From an uncultured Acidobacteriota bacterium (GTDB lineage: Bacteria; Acidobacteriota; Vicinamibacteria; Vicinamibacterales; UBA2999), in assembly GCA_963841895.1 (NCBI GenBank), contig CAWJEO010000006.1, positions 36,690 to 100,689 on the forward strand: DNA of 64,000 bases. Direction: 5' to 3'. How positions within the stretch are numbered: position 1 is the stretch's first letter; each line of letters starts with the position of its first letter. The translations under genes and the position numbers were made by a program. Below are positions 1 through 11,945 of the stretch, in pieces. Below the pieces are notes generated by a model that was given only the letters and a program-made list of their open reading frames with translations, made no database searches and was not told the DNA's origin.

Positions 1-2710
1 GTTGAAGCCTTCGGCAAGCGCCTCGATGTGCACACGCCCGCTCACCCTGAACGATCGCTGGACTCGGGCGCTGAGGCTGAAGAAGTCGCTGCCGATGCCA
101 ACGTTGCGTGGGATGAACTCCCCGTTGACGATCGGCCGGCCGGCCGTGCCCTGAATGGTCGTGACGCCAGAGGTGATGTTGAATGGCAGCTTCGAGTACG
201 CCTGCAGCAGGCCGCCGAATTCGAAGCCGTGCGTCAGATACTCCCAGGCCGTGGTCGCCGGCGCCATCGACGTCTGGAGGGAGCCGTTCATCACCAGCCG
301 GTGCCGCTGGTCGTCGTCCGACCGTCCCCAGTCTTTCGAGAGATCGAAGGGATCGATCGGCGAGCTGAAGAAGAACTCGCCGACGTTGTTCTTCGACTTC
401 GAGAGCGAATACGACAACCGGTAGTGGCCCCAGCGCGCCGGCCGCTGCGTGAACGAGACGTGGAGGCCATGATAGTTCGACTCCCCGGCTGCCGTGTATT
501 GACTGTTGTTGGCGTAGTCAGAAATCGGCCGGCAGCCGTTGTTCGTGCCGCTCGCGACGCATGACGGCACGTTCTGGTTGATCGACATCAGCAGATCGAG
601 GCCGCGAAGGTACTGATAAGCAACGCTGAGCGTGCCGCGTTGACCGAGCTGCTGTTCGACCTCGACGCTGGCCTGGCGCGAGTAGGCGTTCTGAAGGTTG
701 CGATCCATCGTCGTCAAATTGGGCAGCGTGACCGACGGCACGACCGCGGCGAGGACCTGTGGAAAGACCGGAGCGCCCGCCTGCGTCGGCGACAGACTCA
801 CGCTCGTCTGGCGCAGGTTCGTCAGATCGGTGGTGTTGCCGGCCGACAGCAGCGCGTTGGCCAGTGCCCGCAGCGGTACCCGATCGTAAAAGAGCCCGGC
901 GTTGGCGCGGATGATCGTCCGCTGCGACTCTCGCGGCGACCAGGCGACGCCAATACGCGGCGAGATGTTGTCGCGGTCGGTGTCGATCGTCTCCAGGAAC
1001 TGCAAGTCGTAGCGTACGCCGAGGTTGAGCGTGACGCCGGAACCCATCTTCCACTCGTCCTGGGCGTAGAGGCCGAGGTTCGGGTTGGTCTGCGAGACCT
1101 CGGTCGCGCCGAATGTCTGAGTGAAGCCGGCGTTGTTATAGGTGCCGGCCAGGAAGTTTGCCAGCGACGAAAACGAATACGTTCCCTTGACGGCACGCGG
1201 GAATGTGATCCGGTCGTCGTTGTAGAGAAAGTCCACCCCGGCGCGCAGCGCGTGCGAGCCGGCCTGGTGCGAAAGATTGTTGACGATCTGGTAGAGGTGA
1301 TTGAGCCGTCCGGTGGGACTCGAGGAGAGCCGCCCGAACGACGCGATGCCGGCAATCGCCACCGACGGTCCGATCGTGTCGGTCGGCGGCGCCTCGAGGT
1401 CGCCACGCGCGTACTGCGCCCGTGTTTCGAGGACCGTGCGCGACGACAGGATCAGCGTGTTGCTCATCGCCACCGCCTGATCCATGTTGTCGAGGACCGA
1501 CGAGGCGCTCGGCACATTCAATCCGCCGGCGCCGCGCGCGTTGTCGGAACGAATGTCATAGAGGCTGTAGCGAACGCTGAGTTGATCCTTGCCGCTGACC
1601 TGATGGTCGATCTTGCCGAGGACGTTGGTCGAGTCGATCGGGTTGGGATAGATGCCGGTCGAAACCGGCGGCGCCGCATAACCGACCGCGGCGAGCCGCG
1701 CGTTGATGACGGCGACGTTCGGATCGAGGATCGTCACGAGGCCGCTCTGATCGAGCCGGCGCTGTTCGACGTTGGCGAAATAGAACGTACGGTTCTCCGC
1801 AATCGGACCGCCGATGCTGCCGCCGTACTGCGCCTGGTCCATCGGCAGCGTCGTTCCCGACAACGCGTTGGCGGCGTTGAAGCGATCGTCGCGCCAGAAG
1901 TTGTAGAGCGTGCCGCGCACCGCGTTGGTGCCGCTCTTGGTCACGACGTTGACGTAGCCGCCGAGCGCGCGCCCGAGTTCGGCCTGCGCGCCGGAGGTAA
2001 TCACCTGAAACTGGTCGACCGCGTCGATGCCGTAGGTGATTCCGCTCAGCGCCGCCGCGTCGTCATTCGCCGACAGGCCGTCGACAACGAAGTTGTTCGA
2101 GAGATTGCGCTGGCTGCTGACCGAGAGGCTCACGCCCGGCACGGCGGATGTTTCAGGGAAGAGCTGCGCGCTGCCGACGTTGGTCGGCGACACGCCGGGC
2201 ACGAGCAGCCCGAGCTCGATGAAGTTGCGGCCGTTGAGCGGCAGGCTCTTCACTTCGGCTTCGGCAACCGTTGCCGCGATCTGACTGCGGGCGGCTTCGA
2301 GCACCGTCGCCTCGCCGGTGACGGTGACGTTGGCTTCGAGCCCGCTCACCGACAGAACGATCGGCAGTTCGAACGCTGAACCCGCCGTCAGCGTCAACGG
2401 CCGGCTCACATCCTGGAAGCCGGAGAGCTTGACCGTGATGGCATACGGCCCGACGCGGAGGTAGGGGAACCGGAAGCGGCCCTCCTGATCGGTGACGACA
2501 CTGCCGACGACGTTGGTGTGCGTGTGTCGGGCCTCGACGAGCGCGCCGGGGACCGTGGCGCCGCTCGAGTCGGTGACGCGGCCGCTGATGCTGGCGTAAT
2601 CCACCGACTGCTGCGCGAACGCCTGAAGTGGGACGAGTGGCACCGTGAGCGCCACGAAGAATCAAGACACGTACGGTGCTTGCGCGCCGCACGACGGAAT
2701 TTCCGAACAT
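1..2710 (-). CDS. TonB-dependent receptor, Oar-like with N-terminal carboxypeptidase-regulatory-like domain (3' end runs off window; frameshift in signal region)
   Basis: ATG at 2710 preceded by AAGGAG; minus-strand reading gives ASISGRVTDSSG, LPLNGRNFIEL, NNFVVDGLS, QDEWK..TLNLGVRYD and IEALAEGFN, typical Oar-family motifs. Confidence 0.85.
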
Positions 2711-2714
2711 GCAC

Positions 2715-2820
2715 GACTCCTTGAACGAGATGTGACCGTTCGACGCGTGCGACGTGGCCACGCGTCAAATGCAGACACGACGGCCGGCGACTTGCGACGC
2801 GCGGCCGGAATCAAGGAGTC
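2715..2820 (-). promoter_or_regulatory. Anti-SD/SD stem-loop between leader ORF and TonB receptor
   Basis: gactccttga (2715-2724) and tcaaggagtc (2811-2820) are perfect reverse complements; one arm contains the SD of the TBDR and the other overlaps the leader stop codon; inner hairpins are present. Confidence 0.75.
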
Positions 2821-3220
2821 AGGCTTTGGGTGGTGGAGAGGTGGCGGCCGCGATCCAGATCGGCGTGGCGGTCGGGGCTGGGGTCGAGAGATCGGTCGGC
2901 GTCGGCGGTAGCAGGACGGCCGGCTGCGGCGTCAGGACGGCTGCCGTCCCCAGCAGCGCGACGAAGATCCTCGAGTCGGGCGTGCAGCACGACCGCATCG
3001 AGTGATCGGGCGCCTTGGTCGTGCCCGTCTTCGCCGGCTTCTTCATCGGGCAGATGTGAGCGCCGCCTTTCTTGCAGCACTCCATCAGATCGTCGGTCTG
3101 CCCGGCGAGCGCCGCCGGGTCCTTGCAGCACAACGCTGCCGACGCGAACACCGGCACTGACACTTGCAGCGCGAGCGTCGCGATGGCGAGGAGGTGCAGG
3201 CGAGGCCGAAGACCGCCCAT
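2819..3220 (-). CDS. Cys-rich exported leader protein with Pro-rich C-terminus (DUF2946/CruR/CutF-like)
   Basis: Signal-like N-terminus; CC..CC..HICPM..CC; ends ATSPPPKA; lies directly upstream of the TBDR. Confidence 0.7.
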   Translation of the reverse strand: MGGLRPRLHLLAIATLALQVSVPVFASAALCCKDPAALAGQTDDLMECCKKGGAHICPMKKPAKTGTTKAPDHSMRSCCTPDSRIFVALLGTAAVLTPQPAVLLPPTPTDLSTPAPTATPIWIAAATSPPPKA

Positions 3221-3463
3221 CGACTTGAGACTATCGCATAAACCGCAGGTCGATTGCGTACCCGTCGAATGTCGGCTGCGGAGCGGCGCTAGGCGACCTC
3301 AGCCGCGAGGCCGTCCGTTTGCGGACAGGTTCTCCTCGCGAGCGAACGCCGGCGGCGCGCCGGTGACTCCCACAAGTACGAAAACCTTCGGATTTCTAAG
3401 GAACTGCGTCAGGAGGCAAGCCGGCACCTTGCTTGCACCGCGAGGGCGCCGCGAGGTGACTTC

Positions 3464-5923
3464 GTGACATCCGATCTGCGCTACGCCTGGCGTGCCATCT
3501 GGAAAAGCCCGACCACCACCATCGGCGCCATCCTGGCGCTCGCCCTTGGCGTCGGGGCGACGACGACGATTTTCGGGTTGCTCAACGCGGTGCTGCTCCG
3601 GCCGCTCCCGTACCCCGACGCCGATCGTCTCGTCGAGATCTTCGGCACGGTCCAGCGCGAGAGCATCGAGCGCCGCGGCACGTCGTTTCCCGATTTCTTC
3701 GACTGGCGGGATCGCTCGCAGTCGTACGACGGCATGGCCGCCTGGCTGTCGAACGGCTTCATCGCCTACGGCGCCGGCGAGCCGCAGCTCGTGAACGCCG
3801 AGGTCGTCGATGGTCCCTACTTCGAGCTGCTCGGCGTGACGGCGATCGCCGGACGGGTGTTGCAGGACGCGGATCATCGTCCTGGCTCCGCGCCGGTCGC
3901 GGTCATCGGCGAACGGTTGTGGGAAGAGCGCTTCGGACGCGCCGGAGACGCGATCGGCCGGACCATTCAATTGGACTCACGCGTCTTCACCGTCGTCGGG
4001 ATTGCACCGGCCCGCTTCCGTGGCCGATCGGATCAGGCGGTCGTGTGGACGCCGGCGCGTTCGGCGTTTCCTCCCGAGGCGCTGGCGCAGCGCGGCAACC
4101 GGGGCTTCCCGGCGCTGGCCCGGCTCAAGGCGGGCGTGAGCCTGGCGCAGGCGCAGGCCGAGATGACGACGATCAACGCGCAGCTCGAGCAGGCCTACTT
4201 CGCGACCAACGAGAAGCGCTCTGCGGTAGTGTCGCCGCTCGCCAACGAGGTATTCCAGAACGTGCGTCCCGCGGTCTCGCTGCTGTTCGGCGCGGTCGCG
4301 CTCGTGCTTCTCATCGCGTGCGCGAACGTGGCCAGCCTGCTGCTCGCGCGCAGCGAAGTCGCGGCGCCGCGAGATGTCGCTGCGGCGGGCGCTCGGCGCG
4401 GAAGATCGCCAGCTCGTTCGGCTGCTGCTCATCGAGAGCGCGCTGCTCGTGATCCTGGGCGGCGGCCTCGGATGGGTGTTGTCGCAGTGGACCGGCCAGG
4501 CGCTTCTGAGTTTGAGCCCGGTCCAGCTCCCGAGCTTCGCCGTGCCGGCGACCGACTGGCGGACCGTCGGCTTCGTCGCCGCGATCGCGGTGCTGACGAC
4601 GATTGGCATCGGGCTGACGCCGCTCGCGACGATTGGCGGCGGATCGCTGTCGCAGGCGCTGCGTGAGGGTGCGGTGGCGGCGCGCGGCGCGGGCCGGGTC
4701 GCGACCCTTCGTGTGATTGTGATCGGAGAGGTCGCGGTGGCGGTTGCGCTCCTCGTCGGAGCGGCGCTCCTCGGACGCAGTTTCTCGGCGCTCCTCGACT
4801 TCGATCCCGGATTCCGCCCTCAGGGCGTCCTGACGCTCCGCGTGCAGCTGCCGCTGCCGCCCGTCGCGCCGGCTGGAACGACTTCGACGGCGCCGGCTGC
4901 TCCGCCGGCGGTTCCGGCAGGTCCCGGTCCCTTTACGTTGCTCGATTCGTTGAAGGGACTGCCCGGCGTCACGGAGGCGAGCCTCACGACGTCAGTCCCA
5001 CTCGCTGACGCGGGCGCAATCTTCTACGCGGCCGAAGGCATGACAGGCGGTTGACGCGTCGAACCGGCCGCGCGCCTATCAACATCGCATCGCCCCCGGC
5101 TATTTCGCGACGCTCGGGATGCGATTCGTGGACGGCCGCGATTTCGCGCTGTCGGAGATGGGGGTCGAAAGCACCGCGGTCATCGTCACGCGGAAGGTGG
5201 TCGATCGCTTCTGGCCTGGCCAGAGCGGCGTCGGCCGCCGCATCAAGCGCGGCGATCTGCGATCGGACTTGCCGTGGCTCACCATCGTCGGCGTGGTCGA
5301 AGACGCGAACCTGCGCGGCATTCCGCGCAACCCGACGGCCGATCCTGATCTCTTCTTCCCGTTCAACGCTCGCGCGCGCGGGTTTGCGGTCCTGCTCAGG
5401 ACGGATGGGGATCCGGCGGCGGTCATCGGCGCGGCCCGGGCCGCGCTGCAGCGCGCCGAGCCCGGTGTTGCGATCTTCAACGTCCAGTCGCTCGAGACGC
5501 TGGTCGCGACCCAGCTCGCGCCGGCGCGCTTTCTGAGCTGGCTGACCGGCGCCTTCGCCGCGATCGCGCTGACGCTTGCGGTCATCGGCATCTACGGGAT
5601 GCTGTCGTACTGGGTGCGCCGCCGGACGGCGGAAATCGGCATCCGCGCCGCGCTCGGCGCCGATCGCACCCGCCTTCTGTCGCTCGTCGTCGGACAGGCG
5701 CTGGTGATGGCGGTCATCGGGGTTGGGCTCGGCGCCGCCCTCGCGGCCGTGCTCACCCGCTTCATCGAGACGCAGCTGTACTCGGTCCAGCCGATGGATT
5801 GGGTGTCGTTCGCCGTCAACGGCCGCGGTGATGCTGACCGCTGCAACGATCGCGAGCCTCGCGCCCGCGTTACGCGCGCTGCGACTCAATCCGATTGTCG
5901 CGCTGCGCGCCGGAGCTACTTAA
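3464..5923 (+). CDS. ADOP-family duplicated ABC permease (MacB_PCD/FtsX), frameshifted
   Basis: [50 protein letters not shown] across ORFs 3464, 4374, 5119 and 5723. Confidence 0.9.
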
Positions 5924-5991
5924 CAACAGTCTACGGTCGACGGTCGACGGCACGCTGCACGCAGGACGGCGAGCGAATAGACTTACTCTGA

Positions 5992-8254
5992 GTGCAGCTC
6001 GCCACCCTCCTCGGCCTTTTCTTCCTTTCCGGCGCGTGCGGGCTCATCTATCAGGTCTTGTGGCTGCGCCTGCTGGCATTGGTGTTCGGCGTCACGGTGT
6101 ACGCCGCGAGCACGGTGCTTGCGGCGTTCATGGCGGGGCTGGCTCTCGGGCAGCGCGATCGCCGGCCGGCTCCTGTCGCGCGTGCGGCGCCCGCTGCTCG
6201 TCTTCGGCGCCGCGGAGATCCTCATCGGCCTGTCCGCACTCGTGACACCGATCGCGCTCGATGCCGCGTCGGTGATCTATCAGCAGCTGCACCGCCTCAA
6301 TCCCGAGTCGCTCGCGATGATCACGTTCGCGCGGCTCGTGACCGGGTTCGCCGTGCTGCTGGTCCCGACCATGCTCATGGGGCTGACGCTCCCGGTGCTC
6401 AGCGCTTCGTCGATCGTGCGGGGCTCGGCGTTCGGGGCGCGGGTCGGGGCGCTCTATGCCATCAACACCGCCGGTGCGGTCACCGGCGCCGTCCTCGCCG
6501 GCTTTTACCTGATTGGCGCGATTGGCATCGCCCGCGCCTTCCAGGTTGGCGCCGCGATCAACATCGCCGTCGGCCTGCTGGCCATCGGCTTGTCTCGACG
6601 GGTCGATGCCGACGTGGCCGCCGTCATACCGGAGGCCCAGCCCGCCCGCGGGGATGAATCGAGGTTCGTGCCGAGCGGGCGCGTTCTCGGCGCGGTCGTG
6701 GCCATCTCTGGCTTCGTCGCGCTGGCGCTGGAGATCGTCTGGTTCCGGATGCTGGTGCAGTATCTGGCGGCCACGACCTACGCGTTCACGACGATGCTTG
6801 CGACGGTGCTCGCGGGGATTGCGATCGGGGGCGCGATCGCGGCGCGCCTGCTGAAGCGGACGCGTGACTGGGCGCTCTGGCTGGCGACCATCCAGATGGC
6901 CACCGCCGCATTGTGCCTGGCCTCGGCGGTGTTTCTCGGCTGGAGCTACAACGCCGGGTGGCGCACCTCGGGAGACTGGCAGGCGAGCGCCGTCGCGATA
7001 CTCCCGGTGACCATCCTCATGGGCCTTGGGTTCCCGATTGCGCTGCATCTGGCGGCCGCGCCGAAGGCCGGCGACCAGATTGGGGCGGTCGCGCAGCGCG
7101 TCGGCCGCATCTATTCGCTGAACGTGCTGGGCGCGATCATCGGCGCGCTCGTCAGCGGCTTCGCCATCCTGCCGTCGCTCGGCACGCGTCGCGCGCTCGT
7201 GGCGATGGCCGCGGTCTACGGCGCCAGCGCCCTGCTGCTCGCCATCGGGCATCCGCAGCGGCGACGCCTGCTCATCGCGCTGGCCGCTCCGGCGGTGGTG
7301 TTTCTCGGTCTGATCCCACGCGTGCCGGATCCGTTTACCGCGGCGTACGAGCGCCGCTACGGCCGCGACATGCGCGAGTTCTGGCGCGAAGAGGGCGCGC
7401 AGACGGCGGTCAGCGTGCACGCCAGCAACTTCCGTCGATCGCTCTACCTCGACGGCCTGCACCAGGCCAACGACGGACCGGAAATGGTGCAGCTCCACCG
7501 CACGATCGGGCACCTGCCGCTGGTGTTGCACCCCAATCCGAAAGAGGCGCTGGTGATCGGCCTCGGCGGCGGCGCCACGAGCGGCGCGGTGAGCCAGCAT
7601 CGCGGGACGCGCGTGCAGATCGTCGAGCTCTCCGAAAGCGTCCGCAAGGCCGCGCCGTTCTTCGCCCACGTCAACTACGACGTCCTCAATCAGCCGAACG
7701 TGCGGATCAGGGTGGACGACGGGCGCAACTTCCTGCTGCTGTCGGGCGAGACCTTCGACGTGATCACCGCCGACATCATCCAGCCGATTCACGCGGGTGC
7801 CGGCAACCTCTACTCGCGCGAGTACTTCTCCCTGGTGCGGCGCGCGCTCAAGCCGGGAGGGATCGCGCTCCAGTGGATTGGCCATCGGCCGCCGACGCAG
7901 TACAAGCTGATCATGCGAACGTTTCTCGAGGTGTTTCCGGACGCGACGTTGTGGCTCGACGGGAATCTGATGGTCGCGTCGTTGACGCCGCTCCGTCTCA
8001 GCCTCGACACGGTGGCCGCGCAGCGCCAGGATCCGGTCACGGCGGCGGCGCTCGACGAGATTGGCTTACGCACCTTCGAAGACCTGCGCGGGTGGTACAG
8101 CGCTGGCCCCGACGAGATGCGGCGCTTCGTCGGCGCGGGCCCGCTCCTGACCGACGACCGGCCGCTCCTCGAGTACCACCGGTCGCTTCCCGGCGAGCCA
8201 GACGCGCTCGATCTCTCGACGCTGCGCGGTGACGTCAACCGCATCATCAATTGA
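5992..8254 (+). CDS. Fused MFS-like/spermidine synthase-like methyltransferase membrane protein
   Basis: FFLSGACGLIYQVLW, LYAINTAGA, VIGLGGGAT, VELS, DDGRNFL, DVITAD, LTDDRPLLEY; frameshift near 6150. Confidence 0.88.
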
Positions 8255-8270
8255 ACGAAGGAAGGGACCA

Positions 8271-8720
8271 ATGAGAGCACTCATCTTGATCGGCCTGGGC
8301 GCGATCGCCGGCGCCGCGACGTTGAGCGGCGCGCAGGCGCTGCAGCGCGTCAACCCGCCGGGTCTGAGCACGCCGCAGACCTATTCGCACGTCGTCCGCG
8401 CCGGCAACACTGTCTATGTGGCCGGCCAGGTCGGCGCCAACGCGCAAGGCGCCGTCGCCGGGTCCGGCATGAGGGAGCAGACCGAGCAGGTGCTGGCCAA
8501 TCTCGACGCCGCGTTGAAATCGCAGAAGCTCGACGTCAGCCACGTCGCGAAGATCAACATCTACGTGACCAGCATCGACGAGTTCCGCGCGCCCGACGTC
8601 GCCGCACTTCGAGCGAAGTTCTTCGGCACCAACCGGCCGGCGAGCACGCTGGTGCAAGTGGTCAGGCTCGCCGATCCCGCCTACAAGATCGAGATCGAAG
8701 CCATCGCGATCGCTCCTTGA
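8271..8720 (+). CDS. RidA/YjgF family protein with N-terminal signal
   Basis: YSHVV, VYVAGQVG, RPASTLVQV, KIEIEAIA. Confidence 0.88.
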   Translation: MRALILIGLGAIAGAATLSGAQALQRVNPPGLSTPQTYSHVVRAGNTVYVAGQVGANAQGAVAGSGMREQTEQVLANLDAALKSQKLDVSHVAKINIYVTSIDEFRAPDVAALRAKFFGTNRPASTLVQVVRLADPAYKIEIEAIAIAP

Positions 8721-8721
8721 C

Positions 8722-8936
8722 CGAGGTTTCGAGGTTTCGAGGTTTCGGGGTTGCTAGGTTTCGAAGTTCTAGGTTGCGAGGTTGCGAGGTTGCGAGGTTG
8801 CGAGGTTGCGAGCGTTCGAGGGTTCAGCTCGAAGGTCGAAGCTCGCAACCCAAACCTCATAACCGCGATAACCTCATAACCTCGTAATTCGAACCCAGAA
8901 ACCTCGAAACCTCGAAACCCAGAAACCTCGAACCCG
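8722..8936. repeat. Palindromic octamer tandem-repeat element (GAGGTT[T/G]C)n ... (GAAACCTC)n
   Basis: Tandem 8-mers in opposite orientation in the two halves. Confidence 0.85.
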
Positions 8937-8944
8937 CGTCTCCC

Positions 8945-9646
8945 ATGCCACCCATCACAACTCTGTTCCTCGACGCGGGTGGCGTGCTGTGCCACCCGAA
9001 TTGGTCGCGCGTCAGCGCGGCGCTCGCCGACGTCGGCGTGACGGTCAGCGTGGAAGCGTTGCAGCGTGCCGAGCCGTACGCCAAGAAAGACATCGACGAT
9101 GCGGTGATCGTCGGCGGCACGACGGATGCGTCACGCGGATGGATTTACTTCGACAAGGTGCTCGAGCACGCGGGGATTCCGCCGTCCACTGCGACTCGCG
9201 CCGCGTTGTCCGTCCTCCACGACTACCACCGCGCCGAGAACCTGTGGGAAAACGTTCCGGGCGAGGTCAAGCCCACGCTCGCGGCGCTGCGCGAGCTGAA
9301 GCTCACGCTTGTCGTCGTCTCCAATGCGAATGGCCGCTTGCGCTACCTGTTCGATCGCGTGGGATTGACCGCGGCCTTCGACGTCGTCCTCGATTCGCAT
9401 GAATGGGGTGTCGAGAAACCCGATCCGCGCCTCTTCCAGATCGCCCTCGAGCAGGCGGGCGCGACCGCGGCGAAAACGATTCACGTCGGCGATCTGTTTC
9501 ACATCGACGTGGTCGGGGCGCGTTCAGCCGGGCTTCGAGACGCCGTCCTGCTGGACGCTGCCGGGCTGTATCCACACGTCGATTGCCCGCGGATCGCGAG
9601 CCTTGCTGAGCTCGTCCCACTGCTGCGGTCCAGAAACGGAGACTAG
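8945..9646 (+). CDS. HAD-family hydrolase
   Basis: FLDAGGVL, VVSNANG, EKPDPRLF, HVGD..DVVGA. Confidence 0.9.
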   Translation: MPPITTLFLDAGGVLCHPNWSRVSAALADVGVTVSVEALQRAEPYAKKDIDDAVIVGGTTDASRGWIYFDKVLEHAGIPPSTATRAALSVLHDYHRAENLWENVPGEVKPTLAALRELKLTLVVVSNANGRLRYLFDRVGLTAAFDVVLDSHEWGVEKPDPRLFQIALEQAGATAAKTIHVGDLFHIDVVGARSAGLRDAVLLDAAGLYPHVDCPRIASLAELVPLLRSRNGD

Positions 9647-9700
9647 GCCTCCTGGCACGCGGTTTGGTTCATCGAGTCACGGACTCTGACAGGAGGATCC

Positions 9701-10516
9701 GTGGCAAGACCAATCTGGCGCGGCAGCTTATCGTTCGGGCTCGTTGCCATTCCGGTTCAGCTGCACACCGCGGTTCGCGAGAACCGCCCGAAGTTCCGCC
9801 TGCTGCACGCGAAGGACAAGTCGCCGATCAAGTACGAGCGAGTCTGTCAGCGCGACGGCAAGACCGTCGCCTGGGAAGACCTCGTCAAAGGCTATGAATA
9901 CCAACGGGGGCGCTACGTCGTCCTCACGAAAGAGGATTTCAAGGCGGCGGCGCTCGAGAAGGATCGCCGCGTCCAGGTCAGCGATTTCGTGCCGGCGGAG
10001 TCGATCGACGATCGCTACTTCGATCATCCCTACTACCTGCTGCCGGACAAAGGCGGCGAGCACGCCTACGCCATCTTCCGCGCCGCGCTCGAGACGACGA
10101 AGCGGATCGGCATCGGCAAGGTCGTGATCCGCGAGCGGCAGCACCTCGTCGCTGTCGAGAGCCTCGAAGACCGGCTCGTGCTCACGATGATGCGGTTCGC
10201 CGAAGAGATCGTCGATGCGCCGGCGATCGACGCGGTCGATCGGATCAAGGTCCCGGCGAAGGAACTCACGCTCGCCAAGAACCTGATCGAAGCCCTCGCC
10301 TCCGACTGGAATCCTGACCAGTACCAGGATGACTACCAGCGGAACCTGCAGGACGTCATCAAGCGCAAGCTGAAGGGCGAAACGATCGAGGTCGAAGAAG
10401 AAGCGCCGGCCAGACGAGGTGAAGTCGTCGATCTGGCTGAACGCTTACGCGCCAGCCTCGCCGCCGCACAGAAGAAAAGGCCAAAGGCCGCGAAGAAAAA
10501 GACAAAGGCGGCGTGA
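9701..10516 (+). CDS. ku: NHEJ Ku protein
   Basis: RPIWRGSLSFGLVAIPV, VKGYEY, PYYLLP, VVDLAERLRASL, basic tail. Confidence 0.95.
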   Translation: MARPIWRGSLSFGLVAIPVQLHTAVRENRPKFRLLHAKDKSPIKYERVCQRDGKTVAWEDLVKGYEYQRGRYVVLTKEDFKAAALEKDRRVQVSDFVPAESIDDRYFDHPYYLLPDKGGEHAYAIFRAALETTKRIGIGKVVIRERQHLVAVESLEDRLVLTMMRFAEEIVDAPAIDAVDRIKVPAKELTLAKNLIEALASDWNPDQYQDDYQRNLQDVIKRKLKGETIEVEEEAPARRGEVVDLAERLRASLAAAQKKRPKAAKKKTKAA

Positions 10517-10517
10517 A

Positions 10518-10744
10518 GGGGTGCCAGGGTGCCAAGGTGCCAGAGTGCCAAGGTGCCTGAGTGCCAGTGTGCAGGTGCTTGCGGTGCCAAAGTGCGCATC
10601 GTGCCAGGATGCTGGTGCCACGGTGCCGCGGTGCCAAACGCTGCGGTGGCATCGGTTTCGGTGCCGCGAATGCACCTTTGCGCCAGAGCACTCTGGCACC
10701 ACGGCACGCTGGCACCTTGGCACTTTTGGCACCCTGGCACCCTG
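10518..10744. repeat. Palindromic octamer tandem repeat (GGTGCCA[G/A])n ... (TGGCACC)n
   Basis: Visible tandem 8-mers with inverted halves between convergent genes. Confidence 0.85.
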
Positions 10745-10753
10745 TCAAGCCGC

Positions 10754-11945
10754 TCACTCTCCGAGAAAATCACCCACCGGCCGGAACGGCTCAATGTGGT
10801 CGCACACCACTTTGATCGCCATCGTCACCGGAATCGCGAGGAGCATTCCCCAGACGCCCCACATCCAGGTCCAGAAGAGCAGCGCGGCGAACACCGCGAT
10901 GCGGTTCATCTGCGCGACCCGGCCGAGGAGCGTCGGCGTCAACACCCAGCCTTCGAGTGTCGTGATCGCGAGCGCGGCGGCGGCGACCGTCGAGGCTTTG
11001 GCGAGATCGCCGAACTGCATGTAGCCGACGATGGCGAGACCGGTGCTGACGACAGCCGGTCCGAAGTAGGGAATCGTGTTGAGCAGCCCGGCGGCGAGGC
11101 CCCAGACCAGGGGTTGGTTCAACCCCAGCCACCACAGGACGAGCGCCGTGACCACGGCCACGATGGCGCTCGTGAGGATCTGGACGAGCAGGAAGCGTTC
11201 GATCTGGTTGCCGATCTCGTCGAGGATCTGCACGGTGATTTTCTTGCGGGCGAACACGCCGATGTGGCGGACGAGCTTCCGCTTGAAGAGATCGTCGGCG
11301 ATGAGGAGGAACAGCGTGAGGAAGAAGATCATCACGCTGAAGCCGCATGGCCGCCGGCATGGTCAGCCCGGCGCTCCAGAGATAGTCTGTCGCGCGGAAC
11401 GGCGGCTGTTCGATCTGCACGCGCTGGACGCCGCGCGGCGCGGGCGTGGGCGCCGCGCTCTCGGCGGCGGTGCGATCGATCGCGTCCGCGGCCTGCTGAA
11501 CTTTCTCGATCGCGCCCTGTTCGCCGTTACGCGGCCGGCGGAGCTGGTCACGCAACAGCCGCGCGCTCCGCGGCACCTGCTCGACGACGTCGATCATCTG
11601 GTCGCTGAGCGAGTAGACGATGCCGCCGCTCGCGGCGACGACACCCGACGAGCACGACGCGTCGCGCCGATCGTGCGCGGCAACGCGCCAGCGCTGGAGT
11701 CGATCGACAAACGGATCGAGGGCATAGAACAGGAGGCCGCTCACGACGAACGGGATCAGGACCTCCTGGGTGTTCTTGAGCAGCCAGATCGCGGCCACGA
11801 TCGCCCCGAGCGTGAACGTGACGTGCCGCACGTCCACCGGCATCTGGATGACGAGCGCCGGCGGATCGGCGCGGACGTCCTCGCCGTTCCCGTTCGCTCG
11901 GGGCGGCTGGGCGTCGGACGGATCGATGTCGGGCCGATCAGGCAA
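10754..11945 (-). CDS. AI-2E family transporter (frameshifted)
   Basis: LFYALDPFVDRL, LNTIPYFGP, EGWVLTPTLLGR, WMWGVWGMLLAIP. Confidence 0.88.

Noticed and set aside
640-2379. 579-aa plus-strand ORF
   Set aside because: Antisense shadow of the TonB receptor, typical of high-GC DNA
10333-10815. ORFs over the GGTGCCAG repeat (WHLGTLAP repeats)
   Set aside because: Translation artefacts of the intergenic octamer palindrome
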